Origin: the human T2T-CHM13v2.0 reference genome, Homo sapiens
Length of the DNA: 64,000 nt
Reading direction: 5' to 3' (one strand)
Assembly: GCF_009914755.1 (NCBI RefSeq)
Contig: NC_060936.1
Below the pieces are notes generated by a model, which was not told the DNA's origin, did no database searches, and was given only the letters and a program-made list of their open reading frames with translations. The position numbers and the translations under genes are program-made. Shown piece by piece: positions 51,281-64,000 of the stretch (positions within the stretch are counted from its first letter, which is position 1; each line of letters starts with the position of its first letter).

Positions 51281-51344
51281 CTTTCATTGTGGGTGTGATC
51301 CTTGTCATCTTCTTCCGTTGCCGTGGAGACATTGCCAAAGTGGA
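51281..51344 (-). CDS. PPP1R1A: PPP1R1A exon 4; STLAMSPRQRKKMTRITPTMK
   Basis: cacag| ... G|gtttgc; contains Ser67 and Thr75 sites. Confidence 0.95.
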
Positions 51345-51759
51345 CTGTGAAGGGCACAGAGCACAGATGGGCGCCAGCCCCCCCTTGCTCTCCAGACCCC
51401 TCCCTTGCCCTCTAGCCCCCCATGCCCTCCAGCCCCCCTTGCCTTCCTCCTCTGCCTTGCCAGGCTTTTGGATTGGAGCCTGGGGTAGGTGTGAGCTTCA
51501 AAAAGTGGGGTAAGAAAACGCCTGCTTCCCCAACCACCTCGACAATGGTGAGCAAGGAGACTGTGAGTGTGTGTGTGTATGTGAGTGTGTGTGTGTGGGG
51601 TGCATGTGTATATGTTCACTCATGCACATTTGGGGGGTAGAGGTACAGGGAAGCGGGAGTCAAAAAGATCCTAGAGATGGGCGGCAGGGTTTTAAGGAAT
51701 AATCCCCTAATGAATGTGGGGGTTTTTTGGGCTGGGCTTAGTGGGATGGGCCAGCTCAC

Positions 51760-51797
51760 CTTGAGATGTGGGTTGGGGATCCGGTCTTCATCTATCT
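51760..51797 (-). CDS. PPP1R1A: PPP1R1A exon 3; EIDEDRIPNPHLK
   Basis: ttcag| ... AAG|gtgag; 38 nt. Confidence 0.93.
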
Positions 51798-52808
51798 CTG
51801 AAGGGAACAGGGAAAGGAGAGGGTGATAAGGACAGGAAACCAGGGATCCCCATAGAGCTGACTTCTCAGGGGAGGGGATTCTGCAGCCATGCTCCTCCTG
51901 ATCTGTCCCTCACATCTGCCCCCAGGCTCTTGGCCCTCATGGCTGCCCCAGACCTCCTCCCCGAAGCTCCTCTCCTGTGCTTCCGCTGCCTCCATCCCTC
52001 TGCATCTAGTCCCGTCCTTGGCTCTGTGGTCAATTTGCGTCTGCATCTTTGCCTCAGACCTGGAGATCCCCAAAGGCAGGATCTGTAGTCTTTTTGCTTT
52101 TTTTCTTCCTCTGAAGTATCCATGTCTCTTTCTCTTTCCAATCATTCCCCCACCCCAGGGTCAGCCAGAACTAAGCCCTGCATAGGAGGGAACAGTGATA
52201 GAGGACAGTCAATTTATTCTGTGCAGGGTCTGGAAGGTATAGCTGGAGGCAAGCTGGAGACCCCGGCATCCTGAACCCCAGCCTAGCTTCTTAGCCTGTC
52301 CCCCTCGCTTCCATACTCCTGTCAAGCTCTCTACCATTCTCTGAGAACTTGTTTTCTCCCCAGACCTCGATGGGGATGCTGGTGACCAGAATCTCAGCTG
52401 CTCCCTGAGCTGCTTCTAACCTTCCCCTCCCCCTCTGGGGGCTGTGAAGAGCTGGTGGAGGCGGTCCCTCCCCCTCACAGCTGACACTGCCTCTGGGGGT
52501 GGGGGTGGCAGCATCTCAGTTGCTGGAGAAATCTGGAAGGCTGTTGTCGCAGCAACCAGCACTCAGTTGACCACCCCAATTCCTGGGGGGCTTAGGAGCC
52601 AGGTGGTCTCCCTCCCTTTCCTAGAACTGCTCCATCTTTCCAAAAGCAAAGAATATTCTGCAATCTAGCCACCACCTTCCTGCCTTCAGGACTGAGGACA
52701 TCCCCGCCTTCTCAGAGCTGTTCTTCTTCCATCTAGCGCCCATCTTCTCATTGGGACCTGCTGCCATAGTGGCCCCCACGCCCTTCAGCAACCTATCCCT
52801 TGGCTTAC

Positions 52809-52869
52809 CTGGGGATGACTGGTCACTGGTCAGCACGAGGGTGGCAGGGGTGGGGCGGCGCCTCCGAAT
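52809..52869 (-). CDS. PPP1R1A: PPP1R1A exon 2; IRRRRPTPATLVLTSDQSSP (PKA site Thr35)
   Basis: ctcag| ... G|gtaagc; RRRPTPA motif of the inhibitor-1/DARPP-32 family. Confidence 0.97.
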
Positions 52870-52994
52870 CTGAGGGAAGGTGGGAAATGGGGAAGAGGTC
52901 AAGTACACGTGGAAGCATCAAAGCCCCACCCAAAACCACTCAGTAACATAATCCAGGCTAGCCTACTTAACACACCTCAAAAAATGCCACGTTA

Positions 52995-53295
52995 ATGCAG
53001 CTGGAGGCCATTATCCTAAGCAAACTTATGCAGAAACAGAAAACCAAATACTGCGTGTTCTCACTTATAAGTGGGAGCTAAACATTGAGTACTCATGGAC
53101 ATAAAGATAGGAACAATAGACACTGGGGAATAAAAGACAGGGAGGGAGGAGGGCAAGGGCTGAAAAACTACCTATTGGGTACTATGTTCACTCTCTGGGT
53201 CAATCATATCCCAGACTTCAGCACCATGTAATAAACCTTTGTAACAAACCTGCACATGTACCCCCCTGAATCTAAAATAAAAGTTGAAAAAAAAA
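52995..53295 (+). mobile_element. 5'-truncated primate L1 3' end with TSD aaaatgcca(c/t)gtta
   Basis: ctggaggccattatcctaagc..ttctcacttataagtgggagctaa..aaacctgcacatgtacccc..ctaaaataaaagtt + polyA. Confidence 0.9.
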
Positions 53296-56118
53296 TGCCA
53301 TGTTACATTGGTGAACCAGGGTGAACATCCCTGGGCTCCTCCCCCTCCCCTGGGGAGAGCTAATCCTAAGGATCCAGAAGACCACCTCGCCTCCCTGCAT
53401 GCCCCCATTCCCCTGTTCTGTCTCTCCACCTCCCCCTGGTCCTGGCCCCAGCTCTCCATCTAAGCATATCTGCTCTAATGCATTGATCTCTGGCTTGCTG
53501 TCCTTCCGTCCATCCTGGATCAATGGTCAGAAATAACTTAAGAGGGCACAGGGCTTTCTCTCAGTGTTCTAACCCACTCCCCAAGCAAGACGTTAACATT
53601 TTGTGTGACAGCGCCTGGAGAGAGCATCCTTTTCAAGCGCCCCCCAGCCTGGGAGGACAGCACAGAGGAGGATCTGAACGTGCATCTCCTCTGGCCTGTG
53701 CCCCTCACTCCCTAATGTCCTCTCTGTCCTTGGATACATTGCCTTTCTGATTTGTCAAGAAATGGGGTTGGGGGAATCCTTGTCATGGTAGATATAATAT
53801 CAATACAAGGAGGAGCCCTAGGCAGGACCCTGGTCAGGGCCCAAAGCGTAGCTGAAAAATCTTATCCTAGGCTCCAGGTCCTAGTCTAAGAAATTAACAT
53901 ATAAAGCTGACTGACTGCCCTGCCTCTGAGCCCCCTTTCCCCCCACTGTTGTTCTTTTGTCACGCTGCCAATAAAGTTGATTGTTGTTGAAGTCAGTTCA
54001 AGGACTCCTGGGAGGTGTAGTTTTCCCCCTTTCTCTGGAGGCTTTAGAGGCTTGGAAGCAAGTGGAAGGATGGGGGTTAGAGGATGACCCTCTAGGTTAG
54101 CAGTGGGGAGGGAAGGCAAATGGGGCTGGGAAAAGGGCTAGAATTATCCTGGGCTGACAGGAGTAGGATGAGGACACTGAATGATCAAACCCTTATCTTT
54201 GCATGTCCATTATTTAGAATCATCACCACTGGCCGTGGGGGGATGACAGAGGTGAACACTGCCCCTCTCTATGCCCAGAAAAGTGGGGGGTACTGGCTAT
54301 GGTAAGATGGGCTGTTTAAGCCTGAGGGGGGAACTCTTTCCAAAGAAGAAACAGGATGCAAAGAATGGGGGTATGTGGGGGTAGGGCATCATTTTCCCAG
54401 GAGAATTCAGTGGCATCTGTTTTTGGTGACATTGCAAGGTCCCCGCAGTACCAGTCCTTTGTGTATGTGTGTAAGTGTGCACATGGATGAGCCGCACAGA
54501 CATTAACTGTGAGTCGTCTCTGGACATTCCTGATACACATGGGCTGGGGACCATCTGCTTCATGTATATGGGGTGGGGGCCATCCTTCAACTAGAAGACT
54601 CCTCTACTTCTTTCCATCCTGGAGGGGCAGGGTGTGGTGGTGGTAGTAGGAAAGAGACAAGGAGGGTGGAGTGGCGATCAGTGGGTTGAGATAACATCAG
54701 AGTGGGGAGCCCAAGAAAGAGACTGCAAGTATGACAGAGGGCAGCAGGGCTGTCTGGTCTTGGACACATCACTTCCTTGACCTATTCCTTTGCTTTGGAC
54801 AAGGTTTCTAAGCATTCAGAGTCCTTGGGAATCGTGATACCCTTACAGCAGGAAGGAGGAAAGTCAGACTTCCTGAGGTACCTCCCAGGCACCTGAACTA
54901 GTGGGAAATAAGTAGATGGTCTCTTTTCCTTTTCTCATACCTATCCCAAATCCTAGCTCTCAGGAGCATGTGATAACTTTGCCTCGGATTTCTTTCCAAA
55001 GCAGTCATGCCAAGGATCTGGAAGCTGTGGGCACCCCTCCACCGCCTGCCACTCTGTGCTCTATAACTCAGAGCTTCCAACTCCTTTTGCCCTCCCATGT
55101 TGGTCTGGGTTAGGAGCACCTGCCAAGCCTGGAGCTTTTTGCCTAACACAGCAGGAGGGGCTGAGGTTAGGCCACAGGAAGAATTTCAGGCCTAAGAGAC
55201 ACAAATTCTGAAGATTAGTGAAAGTAGGCCCAAGTCCCGGCTCTCTTTTTTCCCTCTGACTCCTCAGGATTGCCTTGTGCCCCTCCCTTGTCTCCTAGAT
55301 CCCTGAACCAGCTGGCCTTCCTCCTCCTCCTCCCTACCCACCTACTACACCTGCCTCCTCCAACACCCAACAGATACAGGTGTCGGGCCCTGTCTGTGCC
55401 AGTGGGAGGCAGTTCTCCTTGGAACTGCATCCCCAACCTCCACAGTCCAGACTCTTGAGCCCTTTTTCCTGGGTCTGAGGTTATCCTGGCTGATACCCTG
55501 CCTCCAGGCATAGCAGCCTTTCCCCTGACTCCCAGGGAACACAACCCATGCTGATGGCTCTCCATCCTCCTCATCCTCTACAGATTTGTGAGGCTTCACC
55601 AAGAGCCTTCCCGTAGTCACACCTTAGAGCTCTGAGGTGGTGGCTCACCCCAGGCCAGAGAGAGGACGGAGACGCAGGTACCTAACCCTATCTCCACATT
55701 GGGAAGCTGAAGTGGTAGGGAGAGTGTGTACCCCTGCCCGCTTCCCTTCACATCAGACCTTATTCTACCAAACAGCTGGAGCAACAAAAATGACAAAAAA
55801 CACTCTCTCCACCTCATCCCAAGAGGTCACAAAGTTTTTTTCAGGTGGGGGGTGGCCAGCCAGAGCCTGGCAGCTTGTTGAGAGAAACAGAGAACTGACC
55901 TTGTGGGAAATTGATATTCTTTAGGAATGGGAATGTCTAGGCAAATGGACAGAGATTACAAAGAGATGGAGCAATAGGCAAATAAGCAAATATTTGGCAA
56001 ACAAGGAGTAGTAAGGACCACGGGTGGCCACCCTCTCCACACATACGCTCACTCTCACCGAGGCATACACTTGCTCACACACTCTCATACACTGCCCCCT
56101 CTGCCAGGCTGCTCTGAG

Positions 56119-56128
56119 CTAAAAATAG
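56119..56128. promoter_or_regulatory. Consensus MEF2 site CTAAAAATAG in PPP1R1A intron 1
   Basis: Exact match to CTA(A/T)4TAG. Confidence 0.45.
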
Positions 56129-56689
56129 ACCAGGCTAGGAGGCTGGGCCAGGGCCCTGGACTCCCACCCCTTGAGCCAAGGCTGTCACAGTGCTTCTCCC
56201 TTGCATATTGTTCAGCTTGGACCCCAGCCCCTGGAAAGACTCCACCTCTGGCCTCCCAGTGCTGCTGGCTCAGTCCCACCTGGACTCCCCACTCCAAAGG
56301 GCAGGAGTTGGGAATAAGGGCCATGTGCGGAGACTTGAAGAAGGGAGCCTCAGCCTACAACTCGACCACCCCTCTCACCTCTCCCTGGAACCCCAGCCCT
56401 CTCAGTGGTCCTCAGTCCCTTCCTGTTATCACTTTCGGAGCCCAGCAAGGTGGCCCCCAGTTAGGAGGGGACAGGGAGAGCTGTTTCTCCTCTTCCAACT
56501 CCCACCCTTCCAGGCTCCCTCTCCATTACCGACCCCTCCCCAGGCCCCTCCCGCACTGCTGCTGATTCCCTTCAGCGCCACCACCAAGCTCAGAAACTCT
56601 AGTGGGGGTTGACTGGGTGGGGGATGCAGGGTTGTTTAAGGAGGGAGGGGTCGTGTCCTCAAGCAGGCCCCCTCCCCCAGGACTGGGGA

Positions 56690-57520
56690 GGAAGAGAGCG
56701 ACTCTCGCGGGGCCAGGCATCGAGTGGAGGCGCTCTTCCTTCGGTCAGTCTCAAAGAAGCACAGATTCGAGATGTGGCTCCGACGGTGGGGGAGGGGACA
56801 GAAGACCCCCCCCCCGCCCCCCGCAAACTGAGCGTTCGTCCTCAAAAGGGCGCACTGCTAAGGGAGGACTAGGCAGGGATCCTGGGTCCCACCAGTCCAG
56901 GGGTCCCTCGTCCTTGGCTGGGCGAGTGCCCTGCCGCCCCGCCCTGCTCCGCACCTGCTCCGCCGCCTCGGGGTCAAGGTGCGGCTCCAGCAGCGGGACC
57001 GTGAACTGGATCTTTCGGGGGCTGTTGTCTTGCTCCATGGCTGGGGCGGCGGCCGGTGGGCCCGCGCTGCGGCGGGAGGGAAGGCGGCGGGACTCGGGGC
57101 TGGGGCGGGCGCGCTCCCTCTCCGCTCCGCTCCGGCCCCGGCCCCAGCCCGGCGCGCTCGGCTCCCGGCTCCCGGCACAGCGCTCCCAGCTCGCGGCTCC
57201 GGGGACTCTGCCGCCGCCGATTGGCTCCGCACCCGCCCCTCCCGGCCCCCTCCCCCTCCCCCAGCCCGGAACCTTAACCCCGTCGTGGCTGCACCGGCGG
57301 CTGCGGGGGTCACCGCCCCGCGGGCCGCCGAGTCCGGGCGTGGCCCGGGAGCCGTCGTAGTGGACAGCTCAGGCAGATACCTCAGTGTCCTCGGAGTTTT
57401 GGGCAGGGCGTTGGGGTGGGGAGTGGCTAGGAAGAACTTCTCCTAGCCGGAGCAGGTTGTTGGGGCTAGGAAAGTAGAGGGGCGCTGCAGGAGAGGAGAC
57501 TAAACGCGAGAGGAAGATTG
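56690..57520 (-). promoter_or_regulatory. PPP1R1A: CpG-island promoter of PPP1R1A
   Basis: Very CpG-dense; CCAAT on minus strand 57220-57224; GC boxes ~57100 and ~57233. Confidence 0.85.
56955..57038 (-). CDS. PPP1R1A: PPP1R1A exon 1, coding part; MEQDNSPRKIQFTVPLLEPHLDPEAAEQ
   Basis: gccATGG start; KIQF PP1-docking (RVxF-type) motif; CAG|gtgcgg donor. Confidence 0.97.
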
Positions 57521-60500
57521 CATTTATGATTTTAAAGGGGGTTGTATTATAGAGAAAAGATGGAAAGGGGATTTAGGCATGCAGCAGGAGGGATTAAGGT
57601 TAGACTTCGAGAGGGACTTTCCTTTGCAAGGAAAACACTAGGCGGAGGTAAAAACTTGGAGGGAAATACGAAGTCTGCACACCCGTCCTGTGTTCCCTCA
57701 GTGCCAGGGAGAGGAAACTGAAGACTTCAGAGGGTCTCCGGAGGGCGCGTTTCTCTCGAAGTGCCTGTGGGAGTGGGTGGAGGGCTTGGGGAGAGAGGAC
57801 CATCTGGGACTCGACAAAAGGAATAACGATGGTGGGGAGCCAATCCTGCTTGTGAAATCGAGTTCTCTTTCTGCTTGCTAAATTAGGGGATGGTAAAGTA
57901 GGTGAAAGGCCTGCAAGGGGAAAATGCCTGGGGAGGGAGAGAGAAACTCCTTTGGTGGGGTGGCTTGTTTACAGATAGGGTTGGTTTCTAATTTCACTAT
58001 TGGCAGGATACTGAAAACGAGCTGCTGTAACTGAAGGAATGGAGGTTAGACTATGGGAAGAACTGACTAGTTTGGTGGAAGACTAAGATGCCAGTCAATA
58101 CGAGCCAGTGAGGGAGACAGGATATTCACAGGAGCTGGTGTGCTCGGTCTAAGGACTGGGGATCACTAGATGGGGGAGGGGATGTGCTGGGCACTGGGGA
58201 GGGGTAGGGCTGGATGCATCTTTTCGGGAGGAGAAGGTGGAGAGAAGAACTGGGGATGGGGAGGAGGGCACAGGGAGTCCTGGAAGAGGGGAAGGGGTCT
58301 GTCTCTTTAGCCTTAAACCAAGCAACTGGCAAGTGCCATACAGATTCATGCCTGGTTCTTGGAGAACCATATGGTCATCTTCTCCTCTAAGGTGTCAGCC
58401 TCAACTCTCAGTTGCCTCCTCTCCTGGGCAGCCCTTTCCAGACCTTGATTTCACAAGGCCCCTTCCCCTCTAACCTCACAAAATAACTTGTCCTGCCTTC
58501 CCCCCAGCCATATCTTTTTACACATGTCGGGCTCAGTTTTCTCAGGGTAAGGCTGGGGTTATGGGGACCCAGTGGGCCAGCTGGACCTCTGTCTGCAGGT
58601 TAACTGGCCCCTGTTTTGCTGTCACCTGGACTCCAGGATTGACTCCTGACACCCAGCCTGCACTTGCAGGGCCCCTTTGCTCTCTGGTGTGGCAGGGCCA
58701 GGTGGAAAACAGCTGGTTGGGCTTCCCCGTCTCCATTCCCAACCTTTGCGCAGATCCCCCCACAAGAAGTGACAGTGGAGAAAGAGATCGTGAAGGCCCT
58801 GAAGCAGAGAGGATAACGGTTGGGGGCTAGGGAGATACCTGGCTCATTAGGGCCCAGTTGCTTGCTCTGGCCTCCTTCCTACTCACCCCACCTCCTAACC
58901 ACACATCCACAGAGCAGGATCCCAAATATCCTCTAAATAGGTGACTTGTCTATTCCCCATCCCATTCTACCAGGACCATGGGATGTGAAGCCAGGATTCC
59001 CACATCCCTATGTCTGGGGACTCAGGCTTCTCTCATGAGCCTCCATCTCATTTGTAAAACAGACAGAGGATCCCACCTCCTAGGGTTGAGTATCATCTCG
59101 GGTAGAGTACCTGGTGCATAGAAGGTCACGGTTAATTGTAGCTGCTGGTTTTATTGTTATTTCCTGGCAGGACGGCAGAGTTGAGGGGTGGTCACCTCTC
59201 GGAGTGGTTACCTCTCCACCCCCACCCCAGACATCCAGGCTGCCTAGTCCTCTTTCGTATTCCGTGCTCTCCCTCAAACTTTGGTCTGGTCATGGAAATT
59301 CCTCCCCAAGTCTCTCACCCACCCTATGTTGCCTTCTCAAGTCCCGGATTCTCAGAGTCCTTTGTCCTGAAAGCCACGGGTAAGGAGAGAGACCAAGAGA
59401 GCTTGAGCTCTGGAGAGATGGCTGATGAGGGGCTGCGTGGGAAGAGGGGTCCCGGCAGCAGCTGGTGCTGGGGTAGAGGCAGCGGAGGAGAGAGGAGGGA
59501 GAGGGAAGAGGGATGGCTCCCAGTACTGGCTTTGGGAGGAGGAGACTGGGGAAAGTGGGCGAAGCGTTTATGGTTAGCAGGGAGGTGGAGTGTGGCTGGG
59601 TGCAGCCTTTGGTGCCGGGTAAGCTGGAATGGGTCTGTCTGTGAAGGTGTGTGTTTATTGTCATTTTGACTTTTATTTATGTCCATAGCTATGTGAGTGC
59701 CTGTTGGGCCGGTGGGTGTATGAAGGTATGGGTTGCTCACACACAGGCCTGGGGCACTGCAAAGGGCCTGATGCCTGCTCTTGGAACCTTTCCTAGAGTG
59801 AGTAAGAGTTAGAGCCTGCCTCATCCCAACTCCTTCCCTCAGCTTGCATGTTTCTATGTTAGGCGCCTGTGTTCACAGCCCTGCTGCAGTCACAGCCTGG
59901 GCTGGAGGAGCAGCAGCTGTATGTGGTGCACTGCTGGCTCCATGAAATATTTAAAGTTACAGGGATGTGACTGGGTGATGCAGTCACTTAATGACTCTCA
60001 CCCTCCCCTATTTTCGGCACTGGACTCTGGGTTAATGGGGCTGCTCTTTGTCGCTGTCAGCACTTTCTGTTTTTATCTATCCACCCTTCTCACCCCTACT
60101 AACCCTCACAACCACCCAGGAGGGAGGGCAGGTATTAGGGTGTTTATTTTGCTTCTCGAGGGGAGGGTAGTGTAGAGAGGTGTTGCTAAGATGGGCCACC
60201 TGGGCCAGGATATGAAAGGTCAGGGTTCAATTCCTCCATCTGCTATCAACTCTCTGGGTGACTCTGGGGTTGCTCCCCCAACCCCCAACCGGACTCAGTT
60301 TCCTAATCTTCAAAATGAAGGGGACCGGGTGACTTTGCAGGTTTCTTCTGCTCTAATATTCTGTTATTCTGAGTTGAGGGTGCTCCTGTCACACAGCCAG
60401 CATGTCTCAGAAACAGGGTTAGAACCCAGGAGCCCCAGGACCTTATCTGTATCTTTGCCTTTCTCCCTGCCTGGGCAGTGTGGCAGAGGCACACTCCGGC

Positions 60501-61377
60501 TTGTTGACAACATGATGCACACACACTTTTTATACACACAGCTCTGAGGAGATAAGGGCAGAGACTGCTGTTATGCACCCAAAGGAGCAGCGACCCCATC
60601 CAAGTGGTCCCCCAGGAAGCCATATGCTCATGCCAACGTGCTGCAGTTTCTCAAACATTTCTGGAAACTCTTGGAATCATCTCAGAGCTTGAGGCATATG
60701 CTCTGAAAATCCCCATGGGGGGTGAATCATTGTCTTTTAGGGTGGCTTTGCTCCTTTGGAAATGACCAATAGCCTTTAGGAGCCAACCCTTGTGAAGACA
60801 GAGGGAGGCCAGGTGGGGAGTAAGCCTTCATCTGGAAAAGAGATGTAGGTGCCCGGCAGTGAGACTGTTTGTCCTGCGGGGTTTTGAGCCCATCTAGAAG
60901 ACTTCCCTGCAAGAAGTTTCCAGAGCTTCTCGTGAGCCCCAGAAGCAGCATTGGAGGAGATGGGTGGCCTCCTAGGGGATGACTTGGAAGTCCAGCCTCC
61001 TCTGACTGTGCAAGTCCTGGTTTGCCTGTGAGAAAAGCCCAGAGTTGCAGTTCTGTCAGGCTTGAGTGCACACCCTCCCTGCAGCTGGCAGTCTTGGGAA
61101 TGGGGCCAGAGCTGGTGATTCAAACAGAGGGGATGCTCATTTTCAAAGTGCTTTGCCTCTTCATGAATCCCCAAATCCACTGGTAGGGTGAAAGAGACTT
61201 CAAGAACAGCCAGTTGAACCCTTCAGGCTAGAGAGGAGAAATCAAGGCAATGGGGAGGAACAGCTCTTCCAAGGTCCAGAAGCCAGGCCAGCACTTTCCC
61301 CAGTAAACCAGATTTGGTGGCCATGGCAGGGTAATGGCTGAACCTAAAGCAGGGTCATGGACTAGATGACCTCTTGA

Positions 61378-61619
<242 letters not shown>

Positions 61620-61714
61620 TGATCATCAGCAGTCCAGAAGACCCCATTCCTAGCTAATAGCTAGCCTCTAGCTAGCCCCTTCTATCCCAAACCCTCTAAA
61701 AGGTTAAATTTATT

Positions 61715-62200
61715 CTTTTAACAAATATTTATTGAATATTCCTATGTGTCAGATATTATGCTAAGTGCTGGGGAAACAGTGGAGCATAAAAGAGATACAG
61801 TCTGTCCATTGACACACAGCTTATGGCCTAGCAGGAGCCAGGGCAGTGGTGGGTGAGTCATGATCAACCATGAGTTACAAAAGTGGAAGCACAATATGCT
61901 ACAGAATCAGGGGCATCAGGAAGGAGGTCAGCGTGACCTCTGACCGCAGAGACCCTCTTCTGCCCCTCCACACTAGCTCCTGTCAGCGTTGTGGTTAAAC
62001 ACCCAGCCTCTGGAGAAGTCTGCCTAAGGCCAAATCCTAGCTCTGCCACTTAGCAGATTTGTAACTTTGGGCAAGGCGCTTAACCTCTCTGGGCCTCAAT
62101 GTTCTCACCCTTAAAACTGGATTAGCAATAGGTATCCCTATTATAATAATATATAGTGAGAGGTAGGAAGAGATAATGTCCATAATGTGCTTAGCGCCCC
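61715..62200. mobile_element. L2 tail fragment followed by MIR
   Basis: aacaaatatttattgaat..tgctaagtgctgggga; aaatcctagctctgccactta..actttgggcaag..cttaacctctctgggcctca. Confidence 0.7.
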
Positions 62201-62796
62201 TTAAACACTTGCGACTATTTTCTCCTTTGATTCTTGAAAAAAAAAAAAAGGGCTGAAGAATGGGGATTTCAGTGCTTTCAGAATTTAGGGGGAAGTTGTC
62301 TACAGAAGCACAGCTCCTGCGTCTTTTCAGCCAGGTCCTGCTTCTCCCCAGCCTTGTTGGATCAGCTATTCTTGATGTCCAGCTGTGTCCTCATCAGCAT
62401 GGACAATCATCCTGTTTTGCTAATTAACACCCGCCCTGTTAATGATTAAATCTAATGACTTTGACTTGCGTGTGGGAGGATGGAAAATTCCCCAGCCACA
62501 GGACGGGATGAGGGTAGGTTTCCAGGAATGGGAGGGCAAGGGCCCCTTGGGCTCTGGACATGTTCCTCTAGGTGACTGGGGAGCAGATGCCTGCTTTTCT
62601 CTTGGGGCTGCTCAGCAGGGGAGTGTGTATAGGGGAGTCATTTGAAAGTTATAGCCCAGTCCTCCTTCCCCCGTCCTCCCAGGCTTGGCAGAGGGTACTG
62701 GGCCCCAGCCCCAGCCCAAACCTTGCATCCCTCTTGCCAAGGGTTAGCCATTGCTTGTTGCTGTGGCTGGAGAAGGGGTGAGAAGTGAGAAGTCCC

Positions 62797-63020
62797 TAGG
62801 ACTGCTGTAACAAAGTGCCACTAACTGGGTGGCTTAAACAACAGAAATTAATTCTCTCACAATTCCGGAGGCTAGGAGTCTGAATTCAAGGTGTCAGCAG
62901 TGCCATAGACCTTTAGGGAAGAATTCTGTGTGCCTCTTTCAGCTTTTAGTGGCTCTGGTGTTCCTTGGCTTATGGCAGCATAACTCTGATTTCTGCCTCT
63001 ATCTTCACACAGCCTTCTTC

Positions 63021-63055
<35 letters not shown>

Positions 63056-63533
63056 AGACAAGTTCTTGCTCTGTGGCCCAGGCTGGAGTGAGTGCAGTGG
63101 TGTGATCTCACCTCGCGGCAATCTCTGCCTCCCGGTTCACATGATCCGCTCCGCTCAGCCTCCCGAGGAGCTGAGACCACAGGCGTGCTCCACCACGCCT
63201 GGCTATATTTTGTATTTTTAGTAGAGACAGGTTTTCACCATGTTTGTCAGGCTGGTCTCGAACTCCTGACCTCAGGTGATCCACCCACCTTGGCCTCCTA
63301 AAGTGTTGGGATTACAGGTGTGAGCCACTGTGCCTGGTCCTTCTTCCCTCTTGTGTGTCTGTGTTCTCTCCTCTTCTAACAAGGACACCAGTCATTGAAT
63401 TTAGGGCCCACCCCAAATCCAGTATTATTTCATCTTGAAATTGTAATTAATTACATTAGCAAAGACCTTATTTCTGTATTCTGAGATTTTGGGTGGACAT
63501 GAACTTTTGGGAGACACTAATCAACCTACTACA
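62797..63533. mobile_element. MLT1 (ERVL-MaLR) solo LTR interrupted by an Alu
   Basis: ctgctgtaacaaagtgccac..ctgggtggcttaaacaacagaaatt..ctctcaca..ggaggctagg..caaggtgtcagcag...aaggacaccagtcattg..ttagggcccacc..caacctactaca. Confidence 0.85.
63024..63339 (-). mobile_element. Alu (antisense) with TSD ccttcttccctct
   Basis: polyT head, Alu body, TSD on both flanks. Confidence 0.95.
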
Positions 63534-64000
63534 GATGGTGAGAGTGCCTGACAGGGCAGGGAGATGGTGAGTGCTCTAAGATTAGGATAGGGGGTCCTGC
63601 CAGAGCAGGCATAGGAGGCCAGTAGCCTTCTGTCTCTCTCCCCTCCCCAAGAAGACGAGGATGTGTTCAGAATCCCTGGTTGGGGTTGGGCTGGTCTCAA
63701 GAGGCCTTAAAGAGGAGGCTACTGGTGGTGAAGACGGGGAAGAGATGGGAGGACCGGTGGTCTAGACTGGAAAAAAGAAGGCTGAGAGGAGGACTTGGAA
63801 GGGAAAACTTTGGGTCCCTGTAACTTAGTCCCAGTGGAAGGGGAGACTGTAACGTGTGTGATGAACAATCACAACTTGTCGTATGATGAAAAAATGAAGT
63901 TGCATTTTGCTTACATAGTCCAAGATGCATTTTAGTTTCATGATACTTGTTGTTTCCCAGCATTCCTTTATACTTTATTGCGGGGTGGATAGGGGTAAAG

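Noticed and set aside
56571-56591. REST/RE1-like TTCAGCGCCACC (similar half sites at 31325 and 46442)
   Set aside because: Right half GGACAG missing at the required spacing
56602-57446. 252-aa and 151-155-aa ORFs over the PPP1R1A promoter
   Set aside because: CpG-island artefacts, antisense or out of frame to the real exon
63855-63960. Two RTGATGA C-box-like motifs suggesting a C/D snoRNA
   Set aside because: No CTGA D box or terminal stem before the window ends; not in a visible host intron

Overview
Primate (human-like) genomic DNA, matching the HOXC-linked chr12q13 locus from recall; no alignment was run. It carries three protein-coding genes. (1) The last eight coding exons and 3' UTR of NCKAP1L (HEM1, WAVE-complex subunit, + strand, stop at 11259). 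(2) The complete PDE1B gene (Ca2+/calmodulin-stimulated phosphodiesterase, + strand): a CpG-island promoter near 18.1 kb, 14 coding exons summing to 1611 nt = 536 aa, an internal first exon at 30159-30211 giving the 516-aa PDE1B2 form, and a polyA signal at 47771. (3) The complete PPP1R1A gene (protein phosphatase inhibitor-1, - strand; 7 coding exons summing to 516 nt = 171 aa), tail-to-tail with PDE1B. Introns hold many Alus plus MIR, L2, L1, MER5, MER33 and MLT1 remnants. The most unusual structure is a triplicated segment just downstream of the PDE1B2 first exon that I do not recognise as any repeat. A central copy B (31169-31504) is reverse-complementary both to an upstream 86-nt copy A (30606-30691) and to a downstream ~325-nt copy C (32554-32876). 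Copy A overlaps the acceptor of a putative 116-nt frameshifting cassette exon; copy C was inserted into an Alu with template-switch-like junctions. This could form mutually exclusive RNA hairpins controlling splicing, which is a hypothesis only.
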